Below the pieces are notes generated by a model. That model was not told where the DNA came from. It made no database searches and saw only the letters and a program-made list of their open reading frames with translations. A DNA stretch of 24,000 nt from Erysipelotrichia bacterium (GTDB lineage Bacteria; Bacillota_I; Bacilli_A; Erysipelotrichales; Erysipelotrichaceae), in contig JAGXSD010000042.1 in the NCBI GenBank assembly GCA_018333955.1, positions 10,629 to 34,628 on the forward strand, read 5' to 3'. The position numbers were made by a program, and so were the translations under genes. Shown here piece after piece: positions 1 through 6,941 of this stretch. Every line of letters starts with the position of its first letter. Within the stretch, counting starts at the first letter, position 1.

Positions 1-520
1 ACTCATCATCATGTTCTTCATGAGGTAATGCCTCTGCTAAACCTACCGTAGCAACCACTAGCCCAAAACTTAATGATAAAGACAATGAAAGTCCAACCAC
101 AGTGGCAATGATTGCGGAGGGAAGCGTAGAGATAATTTTAGATAATAATCTAAAAATCATAACCCCCACAAACATTTCTAATCCGATGATTAAAGTATTT
201 AATCCTACAAGGGTTACACCACTATGTCCAAGTGATGCAAGAATGGTATTCACCACCAAAATGGATAGAAACGCCATTTTTGGACCCACCATAAGCCCTG
301 CAAGCACCGCTAAAGTAAGATGCACAGGCACAATAAATAACGGAACTGACATTGTAATTAACATTAATGCAGACATCATGGCTGCAAGTGGAACAAGACG
401 ACGTGCTTCCTCTTGATTCCAACCTTTAAATATCATGAATAAGATCCCAACAACTAAGATTAATGCAGGAACCCAGATCCACCATGCTAATATCCCATCT
501 GGAATATGAATATGTGACAT
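1..520 (-). CDS. CbiM/NikM-family Co/Ni uptake membrane protein (ECF-type substrate-capture component). Only the N-terminal part is present because the gene runs off the left edge.
   Basis: Absent from the ORF track because it has no in-window stop. Minus-strand translation from ATG 520..518 reads MSHIHIPDGILAWWIWVPALILVVGILFMIFKGWNQEEARRLVPLAAMMSALMLITMSVPLFIVPVHLTLAVLAGLMVGPKMAF... The N-terminal HIPDG motif followed by TM helices is the CbiM/NikM hallmark. AAGGAG (534..529) lies 8 nt upstream of the ATG. Confidence 0.6.
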   Translation of the reverse strand, partial: MSHIHIPDGILAWWIWVPALILVVGILFMIFKGWNQEEARRLVPLAAMMSALMLITMSVPLFIVPVHLTLAVLAGLMVGPKMAFLSILVVNTILASLGHSGVTLVGLNTLIIGLEMFVGVMIFRLLSKIISTLPSAIIATVVGLSLSLSLSFGLVVATVGLAEALPHEEHDDE

Positions 521-536
521 AAATAACACTCCTTAT

Positions 537-551
537 TGCGAATGATTCGCA
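537..551. promoter_or_regulatory. Perfect 7-1-7 palindrome TGCGAAT-G-ATTCGCA, a candidate operator in the leader of the CbiM-like gene
   Basis: Read directly: tgcgaatgattcgca is its own reverse complement around the central base. It sits between the predicted -10 (569..564) and the RBS (534..529). Confidence 0.35.
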
Positions 552-563
552 TTTGCAAGTAGT

Positions 564-591
564 ATTGTATCATTATTCTTTGTTTTGTCAA
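564..591 (-). promoter_or_regulatory. Sigma-A type promoter for the CbiM-like gene
   Basis: On the minus strand: -35 TTGACA (591..586), 16-nt spacer, -10 TACAAT (569..564). Confidence 0.5.
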
Positions 592-592
592 A

Positions 593-612
593 CAAAAAGG
601 CTCACTTGAGCC
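593..612 (-). terminator. Rho-independent terminator ending the feo operon
   Basis: Minus strand reads GGCTCA-AG-TGAGCC (612..599) followed by TTTTTG. The stop codon of the small ORF (604..602) lies inside the stem. Confidence 0.6.
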
Positions 613-766
613 GTTCTTTTTGATAATCTTGAATCCATGAAGGTGTTTCCTGAGTTGATAAACACCGTGCACAGACACTTTTTTGTTTTCGATGTCGCTG
701 TATTAGGATGGTTGTAATGGTTCCATAAATCAAAACAACGATTCCACCCACGATCCAATCACCCAT
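602..766 (-). CDS. Small single-TM protein coupled to feoB, possibly of the FeoB-associated Cys-rich membrane protein type (54 aa)
   Basis: ATG at 766..764 overlaps the feoB stop (ATGGGTGA). Sequence is MGDWIVGGIVVLIYGTITTILIQRHRKQKSVCARCLST...: one TM helix, a basic stretch, then a CxxC. The operon terminator follows this ORF rather than feoB itself. Confidence 0.45.
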   Translation of the reverse strand: MGDWIVGGIVVLIYGTITTILIQRHRKQKSVCARCLSTQETPSWIQDYQKERLK

Positions 767-2171
767 GAGTGGCAACCTTATGTCGAGCAAACATCATATA
801 AGCATAACCTAACCCTAATACAAGTAGGCTCACAAACCAACCGCTCGCCAGTTGTTGAGTGAAAATCAGTGTTCCAACTTGGTAAATCAACATGGCCACA
901 ACATACCCTACAATAAGTTGATAACCTATCGCAAAAAGCAACCATTTATTTGATTTAAGTTGTGTTTTCATTGCTCCAATCGCCGCAAAGCAAGGAGGTG
1001 TGAATAAATTAAAGGCAAGAAATGATAAGGCACTTAATGACGTTAAGCCCCCTACACCAGCTAATGCTTCACGGGCACGATCAATCCCAATCACATCAAA
1101 ATCAGATGAAACACTAAAGACAAAGATCACAGCAAGCGCTCCAACCACTTCCTCTTTGGCAACAAAACCTGATAATGCGGCGGCCGCAAATCCCCAAAAT
1201 CCAAATCCTAGAGGAATAAGAAGAAATGCTATGGGACTTGAGATAAAGTAAAGAATACTTTCTTGAGTTGATTCAACCATTTGAAATTGAAAATTAAAGT
1301 TTGCACTTAACCATATCATTCCATTCATTAGCACAATAATCGTAGCCGCATTCTTAATAAATTCTTTTGCGCGCTCAACCATGGATTTAAATGCTAAAAC
1401 AAGTGAAGGAGCTTTGTATTCCGGAAGTTCTATGACTAACATTTGATGAGTTGTTGAAGATGGGTTAAATACATATTTAAGTCCAAGTCCAGATAAGTAG
1501 ATGACAAACACCGCTAATGCATAGACAAGTAATGTCATGTAGGCTTGTTCAAAGAAAAAGACACTGAGTAGTAATGCGATAATTGGTAATTTTGCGCCAC
1601 AAGGTACAAAAGGTGTCAACATGATGGTCATATGTCGTTGACGCTCATCTTTGATTGTTTTTGTCGACATAATCGCAGGAATACTACACGCTGTTCCAAT
1701 ATACATGGGAATGATGGAAGCTCCTGATAATCCTAAATGAGAGAAGTAATGATTAAACACTAAAGCAACTCGGGCCATATATCCTGAATCTTCAAGCATT
1801 TGCAAGAAGAAAAGTAGGACCATAATTAATGGTAAAAAACCAATGACCGCAATAAAACCACCAATAATACCTTCACTCAATAATCCACTCCATAATGGTG
1901 AAACATTATTTGAATCCATGAATGAAGCTACAAGCTCCGCAAAGATTTCAAGCTGCCCTACTAATAAGTCTGACAACCAAGGACCTATCCATATTTGAGA
2001 AAGTGAAAACACACTCCACATCACTAAAGCAAAAATAACTAACCCCAAAATAGGGTGTGTTAACCAAAGATCTAGTTTATCTGAGGTGTTCAATTCTAAT
2101 ACTTTGTTTTGCTTTAACACCATTGAAGCAAGTTCGTGTGCTTTTTTTGAATAATTCTCGTGATGTGACAT
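759..2171 (-). CDS. feoB: Ferrous iron transporter FeoB, membrane (nucleoside-recognition/gate) portion, encoded as a separate polypeptide (470 aa)
   Basis: Polytopic membrane protein with FeoB-like blocks (DKLDLWLTHPILGLVIFALVMW, LPLIMVLLFFLQMLEDSGYMARVA, GAKLPI). The likely start MSHHENY at 2171..2169 overlaps the upstream stop in TAATG and is preceded by AGGGAAGAG. Confidence 0.85.
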   Translation of the reverse strand: MSHHENYSKKAHELASMVLKQNKVLELNTSDKLDLWLTHPILGLVIFALVMWSVFSLSQIWIGPWLSDLLVGQLEIFAELVASFMDSNNVSPLWSGLLSEGIIGGFIAVIGFLPLIMVLLFFLQMLEDSGYMARVALVFNHYFSHLGLSGASIIPMYIGTACSIPAIMSTKTIKDERQRHMTIMLTPFVPCGAKLPIIALLLSVFFFEQAYMTLLVYALAVFVIYLSGLGLKYVFNPSSTTHQMLVIELPEYKAPSLVLAFKSMVERAKEFIKNAATIIVLMNGMIWLSANFNFQFQMVESTQESILYFISSPIAFLLIPLGFGFWGFAAAALSGFVAKEEVVGALAVIFVFSVSSDFDVIGIDRAREALAGVGGLTSLSALSFLAFNLFTPPCFAAIGAMKTQLKSNKWLLFAIGYQLIVGYVVAMLIYQVGTLIFTQQLASGWFVSLLVLGLGYAYMMFARHKVATHG

Positions 2172-2701
2172 TACTCTTCCCTCGTACAAACAACTTGACA
2201 TTGATATTTCTGTGTAATAATTGCATCCACTAAATCTTGTAACCCAATCTTTTTATTCGCTTGAGTGCAGATTACGGGCACCTTAATCATATTGGATAAC
2301 ATCTCAGGATCAATATTGATTTTTTTCTTTTTCGCAATATCCATCTTGTTAATCACAACCACCATAGGAATGTTGTGTTCTAATAGTTGCAATGTGAATT
2401 CAAGTGATCTTTCAAAACTTAATATATCAATGACATTCACGATCACATCAATATGTCTTGATTTTAAGTATTTCACAGTAACATCTTCATCCAAAGTATA
2501 AGAGTTCATTGAATACGTTCCTGGAAGATCAGAAATCATGATAGTTTCACTTTTACAATCATAATGACAATGAAGTTGTGCTTCTTTGCGCTCCACAGTC
2601 ACTCCAGCCCAATTGCCGATTCTTTCTGAAGAAGCTGAGAGTTGATTAAAGATGGTGGTTTTACCACTATTAGGATTACCCACTAAAGCTGCTTTAATCA
2701 T
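2171..2701 (-). CDS. feoB: FeoB small-GTPase (G) domain protein (176 aa)
   Basis: MIKAALVGNPNSGKTTIFNQLS (G1/P-loop), DLPGTYS (G3) and NKMD (G4). ATG 2701..2699 overlaps the feoA 3' end (CATGATTAA). Confidence 0.85.
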   Translation of the reverse strand: MIKAALVGNPNSGKTTIFNQLSASSERIGNWAGVTVERKEAQLHCHYDCKSETIMISDLPGTYSMNSYTLDEDVTVKYLKSRHIDVIVNVIDILSFERSLEFTLQLLEHNIPMVVVINKMDIAKKKKINIDPEMLSNMIKVPVICTQANKKIGLQDLVDAIITQKYQCQVVCTREE

Positions 2702-2918
2702 GAGTGACCTCAATCTGGTGAGCACTCGATGAATCAAGTCCGTATCGAACACCTTTTATGGATACAATCACGTGATGTTTATGTCGAAGAACTAAAAAGC
2801 ATGGTTCATTAATACTAAATCCTAAACGTTGCAAACGAAAAAGACTTGAAGGATCTCCCTTCATGTTTACAATCTTAAGTGGTGTCACAATTGGACATGT
2901 CATTAAAGTATTCACCAT
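2694..2918 (-). CDS. feoA: FeoA-family small protein (74 aa)
   Basis: SH3-like FeoA pattern (LKIVNMKGD...RLQRLGFSINEPCFLV...VSIKGVRYGLDSSSAHQIEV). GAGGA lies 5 nt before the ATG. It sits immediately upstream of and overlaps feoB. Confidence 0.8.
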   Translation of the reverse strand: MVNTLMTCPIVTPLKIVNMKGDPSSLFRLQRLGFSINEPCFLVLRHKHHVIVSIKGVRYGLDSSSAHQIEVTHD

Positions 2919-3029
2919 AAACGTCCTCGATTTTTTGTCTTACAAATATAGTGTATCTATTTTAAAGACAAATCACAAAAAAACCTTTAGAATAAAAAGA
3001 AAATGGTACGTTTTATTACTTTATTATGA

Positions 3030-3047
3030 GTTAAATCACAATTTAAC
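3030..3047. promoter_or_regulatory. 18-bp inverted repeat GTTAAAT-CACA-ATTTAAC in the feoA / 3069-gene divergent region
   Basis: Read directly from the sequence: 7-bp perfect arms. Function is unassigned. Confidence 0.25.
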
Positions 3048-3068
3048 TATCATCCATGAAGGAGTCTT

Positions 3069-3641
3069 ATGATAAAGAAAATATATCACATCAGCATTGA
3101 AAAAATGCCCTATTGGTTAGGTTTAATTTCAACTCTTGCATTCGCTTTTTTTATTGCGGTGGTGCTCCCATCTCAAAGTGCTCTGGCCATTGAAAATGGA
3201 TTACTTGAAAGCATCGATACTTCATGGTTTTATAATGCACGTCAACTTTACGAAATTGCGCAAAGTTACGGTGAGAGTGGTCGCTCATTCTACATCACAC
3301 AACGTTGGACTTTTGACTTAATTTGGCCTGTGGTCTATTTTTCGTTTATTTTCTCATTAAGTGCACTACTTTATAATGCGATTGGGCTTTCAAAAATGAA
3401 CCGATGGATATTATCGTTCAGTTGGTTTAGCATTGGTTTCGATTATTTAGAAAATATTATGGTATCTATTGTCATGATGCGCTATCCTGCACAAACTTGG
3501 GTTATCGCCGATCTTGCAGGGACTGTGACAAGTCTAAAGTGGATTTTCTTATCCTTGAGTTTTATTGTCTTATTCTTCCTCATCATCTTAAAGATGGTTC
3601 AGTGGATACTGTGGAATCGACGCAAAACCGACGCAAAATAA
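3069..3641 (+). CDS. Uncharacterised integral membrane protein (190 aa, about 5 TM)
   Basis: GAAGGAG lies 4-5 nt before the ATG. Hydrophobic helices run throughout. I recognise no family. Confidence 0.6.
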   Translation: MIKKIYHISIEKMPYWLGLISTLAFAFFIAVVLPSQSALAIENGLLESIDTSWFYNARQLYEIAQSYGESGRSFYITQRWTFDLIWPVVYFSFIFSLSALLYNAIGLSKMNRWILSFSWFSIGFDYLENIMVSIVMMRYPAQTWVIADLAGTVTSLKWIFLSLSFIVLFFLIILKMVQWILWNRRKTDAK

Positions 3642-3670
3642 CAATAATCGTGTGATTTTGAGAGATAAAG

Positions 3671-3699
3671 TTGTCACAGGGTATCATGTTTTGTATAAT
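3671..3699 (+). promoter_or_regulatory. Near-consensus sigma-A promoter for the M23 peptidase gene
   Basis: -35 TTGTCA (3671..3676), 17-nt spacer, -10 TATAAT (3694..3699). Confidence 0.55.
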
Positions 3700-3737
3700 G
3701 GGCTTGGCAGAATTTAAATCGTGTACATAATTAGAAA

Positions 3738-4922
3738 GTGGTGAGCATGAAGAAATTACGACTGAAAAAGAAATCCATCGTCATTTTGATAGCCATATTA
3801 GGGTTATTCATTGGCACTTATTACTCAACTGAAGCATTATTTTCTGAGTTCATTAGCGGGGAATTTTCAATAAGCGAAGCACCTATTCAAGGATATGCTT
3901 TTATTGTGAATGAAGAAACATGGTTTGTATTAGAAGATCCTCGTGAAATGAAATATGTTATCGATGAATATCAAAAACCGATGATAGCTCGCTTAAATGA
4001 TAAAAGCAACATTACTTCCATTGAATTTGTGGAGGATGTTAAGATTAAAGAAGTCATGTACAGTGGTACTTTCTCAAGCGCAAAAGATGCCCTTGCGAAA
4101 CTTAATGAAAATAAAGATGAAGCGCAACTCTACACTGTTATGAAGGGTGATACGATGTGGGATATCGCAGAGCGTTTCAACATCTCCTTCAGACAACTCG
4201 CAACTTATAATAGCGATATTAACTTAGATCGTATTTGGCCAGGCAATGTCATCACATTACAACCGTCCAAACCTAGTCTTGATGTCATTATCACTACGAC
4301 TCAAGTCGTGGAAGAATCCATTCCTTATACCAACGAAATCATTCGTGATAATACTTTAATCTCAACGGCACGGGTTGTGGTCAAGCGTGGGATTGAAGGC
4401 ACTAAAAACGTAACGTATGCCATTAAAACATTAAATGGTTTCCCTCATGTGGTTGAAGTGATTAATGAAGAGATTCTATCTGAACCTGAAGGTGGGATCT
4501 TAAAAGTTGGAACTCAAACAACCATGAAGCGTCGTTCAGCTACAGATTTCGGGGTTACTGTTGGTCGATACACTAGTGGTTTTGGTTATCGACTTCATCC
4601 AATTACAGGACGAAGAGAATTCCACTATGGTATTGATATTGCGGGTCCTCAAGGCACAGTCATTAAAGCTTATGCGGCTGGAACTGTCACACGAGCACAA
4701 TTCTCAAGTGGCTACGGTAACTACATTGAAATAAACCATGGTGGTGGCTTATCAACACTATATGCTCATTTATCAAAGATTAATGTCTCAGTAGGAACTC
4801 GAGTCACGGTAGGACAACAAATCGGTCTAATGGGAAGTACAGGAGTGAGTACTGGATCTCATCTTCACTTCGAAGTTAAACGTAATGGGACCCCTGTAAA
4901 TCCACTCAATTATCTAAACTAA
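3738..4922 (+). CDS. Secreted/anchored peptidoglycan hydrolase with LysM, G5 and M23 metallopeptidase domains
   Basis: N-terminal signal/anchor (KKSIVILIAILGLFIGTYY). LysM: YTVMKGDTMWDIAERFNISFRQLATYNS. G5-like: VVVKRGIEGTKNVTY...LKVGT. M23: HYGIDIAG...GNYIEINHGGGLSTLYAHL...GSTGVSTGSHLHFEV. The start is ambiguous between GTG 3738 and ATG 3747. Confidence 0.85.
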   Translation: MVSMKKLRLKKKSIVILIAILGLFIGTYYSTEALFSEFISGEFSISEAPIQGYAFIVNEETWFVLEDPREMKYVIDEYQKPMIARLNDKSNITSIEFVEDVKIKEVMYSGTFSSAKDALAKLNENKDEAQLYTVMKGDTMWDIAERFNISFRQLATYNSDINLDRIWPGNVITLQPSKPSLDVIITTTQVVEESIPYTNEIIRDNTLISTARVVVKRGIEGTKNVTYAIKTLNGFPHVVEVINEEILSEPEGGILKVGTQTTMKRRSATDFGVTVGRYTSGFGYRLHPITGRREFHYGIDIAGPQGTVIKAYAAGTVTRAQFSSGYGNYIEINHGGGLSTLYAHLSKINVSVGTRVTVGQQIGLMGSTGVSTGSHLHFEVKRNGTPVNPLNYLN

Positions 4923-4945
4923 TCCACGATTTTCGTGGATTTTTA
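4921..4945 (+). terminator. Rho-independent terminator
   Basis: AATCCACGA-TTT-TCGTGGATT followed by TTTT, starting at the stop codon. Confidence 0.7.
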
Positions 4946-4956
4946 CTTGGAGGGTT

Positions 4957-5487
4957 ATGAATACTTTAATTGAATTATTTACTAATCATGATATCTTCTA
5001 TGCGGTGGGAGGATCGTGGATGCTAAAGCATATGGGACTAGAGATTACCCCTCACGATATCGATATCTTTATGCATGAAAACGATATTCAAAAAGCTGTG
5101 AATCTCTGTTTAGAGGTGGCTTTGCTTCAACCTCCGATTGCATCAGGACCTTTTCTAACTCCATATTTCTACCGCTTTCATATGAAAGATACACGAGTGG
5201 ATCTTATGGCAAACTTTGGTTTTGCTCATGAAGAGGGACATTATCATGCCATCTTTGATGAACTAAGTATCGTGAAGCATATCGAAAAAGATGGTCTTAG
5301 TATCCCTTTAATGTCTCTTGAAGAATGGTTTGTGATGTATGAGATGATGAAGCGAGAAAAACAGGTCAAGCTGATTGAAACCTATTGGAGTAAGTATGGA
5401 ATTGAGTTTCCACATTTACTGAAGCGACAACTCCAACTCAATATTCCAATTCATGTGAAAACTAAGATTGAAGAATTAATGAAATAA
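4957..5487 (+). CDS. Nucleotidyltransferase-fold protein (Lnu / ANT(2'')-like minimal NTase), 176 aa
   Basis: GGAGGG RBS. The N-terminal FYAVGGSWMLKHMGLEITPHDIDIF fits the G[GS]-x(9-13)-DxD NTase signature. Size is similar to lincosamide/aminoglycoside nucleotidyltransferases. The substrate is unknown. Confidence 0.45.
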   Translation: MNTLIELFTNHDIFYAVGGSWMLKHMGLEITPHDIDIFMHENDIQKAVNLCLEVALLQPPIASGPFLTPYFYRFHMKDTRVDLMANFGFAHEEGHYHAIFDELSIVKHIEKDGLSIPLMSLEEWFVMYEMMKREKQVKLIETYWSKYGIEFPHLLKRQLQLNIPIHVKTKIEELMK

Positions 5488-5520
5488 ACGATCACCTTTC
5501 GTTCAGATGATCGTTTTTTT
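5486..5520. terminator. Hairpin terminator shared by convergent genes
   Basis: AAACGATCA (5486..5494) pairs with TGATCGTTT (5508..5516), followed by a T-run to 5520. It overlaps the last codons of the minus-strand gene. Confidence 0.55.
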
Positions 5521-6901
5521 GTGGACTATTTAGTGATAAAGCTAAGATAAACCAAAGAGGGACATAGGCATAACTATCAAATTGAAGCATGTTCGAAAAT
5601 ACCACAATGAGTATGAGAATAATCCAATCTCGATGAATTGAGACAGAATTCCATGCAGCTTGAATACTTTTATAGGTAAACCAAGAAAATAGTGCTGATC
5701 CAACAAGTCCTCCTTCACCCAGTAGACGAGTGAAGATGTTTTTTGGATTGGAATTAAGTCGTCGGATGTTCGAAGTTACCTCTTCAACTCTTAATAATCG
5801 AGGAAATTGAAGTCTGACAATGTTAGGAAAGAAATATCGATAGTTTCCTACTCCTACCCCAAAAAGTGGGAATCGTCTAAACATGACAAGCCCAATCCAA
5901 GGATACAATAAGCGAACCGCCACACTTCCATCAAGATAAACCAAATCAATTAATGAAGAAATATTCATCGCACGACGAAGGCGTGTAAGAAAATGAGCTC
6001 GTGGGTAAAGTGTACTGGCCAAATAATAGAAGCCTATGGTCGCAACAAAAAGTATTCCTAAAGCAATCATCATTTTAAAAATCCATTTTGGTCGTAATAC
6101 AAGCACCCCAATAAATCCTGCAATGATGAATGTGAACAGTCCTTGCAATGAGAAACTTAATACTAAAACCACCACACTTAAACCAAACAATATCTTAAAG
6201 AGTAAACTCTTTTGAGCTTTAAACAACAAAAATGGCATTGAGAATATCATTTGCATGGCTGCCCATGAAGGTTCACCTGATAACCATTGAACACGAGGGT
6301 AAGCCTTTCTCGCAAAGAAAACGACAATGTTTTCTTTAAGTTCAATCGGAAGCCATTGAAAGAAGATCAATACTTCCAGTATTCCAAAGATAACTAAAGG
6401 TGCATATACCCATGCCATGAGGCCTAATAAAGATCCAACCCAAGACTCAAAGGTAACACTAGATTGATTCAGTAATCTAAAAAACAAATCATAGGATACA
6501 AAGGCCATACCACCTAATCCAAGGGTAAACAGCCCATTTAAAAAACCATCCAAAGGTAACATGAATTGTCTTGTGCGAATCCATGAAACAAGCAATGACA
6601 TGATGAAAAACGCAATCAGTATTCCATATCGTTTAAAGACGAACTTAAAAATGTTCCATTTTTGCTCAGATAGTAATAAACCTGTTTGAAATACAAAGGC
6701 AACAATTAAAAAGATGATTGATAATGGTCGATAGGATGTTGGAAATAATCCTACAAATGCATCAATGGGAAAAGTAATTAATGATAACACCACAAGAACA
6801 TACACGATAAAAGTACACCATCTTATTAGCTTTGACGGAATATTTTGCCACTGTCTCATCAAATCATGATGAGTTTTTAACATAAATGAGTTTAAAAGCA
6901 T
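5492..6901 (-). CDS. Large polytopic membrane protein (469 aa, at least 10 TM), possibly O-antigen ligase/polymerase (Wzy_C)-like
   Basis: Long hydrophobic ORF. The C-terminal block NPKNIFTRLLGEGGLVGSALFSWF resembles the HN..L....E.G..G motif region of Wzy/WaaL-type proteins, but the family call is weak. No SD is present. Confidence 0.4.
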   Translation of the reverse strand: MLLNSFMLKTHHDLMRQWQNIPSKLIRWCTFIVYVLVVLSLITFPIDAFVGLFPTSYRPLSIIFLIVAFVFQTGLLLSEQKWNIFKFVFKRYGILIAFFIMSLLVSWIRTRQFMLPLDGFLNGLFTLGLGGMAFVSYDLFFRLLNQSSVTFESWVGSLLGLMAWVYAPLVIFGILEVLIFFQWLPIELKENIVVFFARKAYPRVQWLSGEPSWAAMQMIFSMPFLLFKAQKSLLFKILFGLSVVVLVLSFSLQGLFTFIIAGFIGVLVLRPKWIFKMMIALGILFVATIGFYYLASTLYPRAHFLTRLRRAMNISSLIDLVYLDGSVAVRLLYPWIGLVMFRRFPLFGVGVGNYRYFFPNIVRLQFPRLLRVEEVTSNIRRLNSNPKNIFTRLLGEGGLVGSALFSWFTYKSIQAAWNSVSIHRDWIILILIVVFSNMLQFDSYAYVPLWFILALSLNSPQKNDHLNER

Positions 6902-6907
6902 ATTCGT

Positions 6908-6916
6908 ATTATACCA
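6908..6916 (-). promoter_or_regulatory. Extended -10 (TGgTATAAT) 6 nt upstream of the ATG at 6901, a leaderless-mRNA candidate
   Basis: Minus strand reads TGGTATAAT-acgaat-ATG, with no SD nearby. Confidence 0.4.
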
Positions 6917-6941
6917 TATCCTTTTTTGTGTTGTTTTCTAC

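Noticed and set aside
102-422. Track ORFs 102..416(+) and 222..422(-)
   Set aside because: Both lie inside the partial CbiM-like gene, whose minus-strand frame opens at 520 and has the HIPDG motif and an RBS. Their sequences are low-complexity shadow frames without start signals.
521-760. Cobalamin or NiCo riboswitch upstream of the CbiM-like gene
   Set aside because: The space is filled by the small feo-linked ORF, its terminator and a promoter. The remaining 5' UTR is only about 40 nt, too short for either riboswitch class. A protein operator (537..551) fits better.
487-790. Track ORFs 487..678(-), and the long form of 602..790(-) starting at 790
   Set aside because: 487..678 spans a promoter, a terminator and the start of the CbiM-like gene, which is incompatible with a CDS. 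For 602..790, only the part from ATG 766 (coupled to the feoB stop) is plausible, because the first 8 codons overlap feoB without a start signal.
2171-2201. FeoB as a frameshifted pseudogene
   Set aside because: The junction is a TAATG stop/start overlap with an upstream purine-rich RBS, and both halves are intact. This is more consistent with a genuine two-gene arrangement, though a sequencing indel cannot be excluded without reads.
1000-2501. Antisense ORFs 1000..1251(+) and 2265..2501(+)
   Set aside because: They lie opposite the well-supported feoB genes. Their composition is biased (A/P/N/S-rich or I/L/S-rich), which is typical of shadow frames.
2863-3321. ORFs 2863..3072(+) and 3136..3321(+)
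   Set aside because: The first overlaps the feoA start and runs through the intergenic promoter region. The second is an alternative frame inside the 3069..3641 membrane protein gene. Neither has an RBS.
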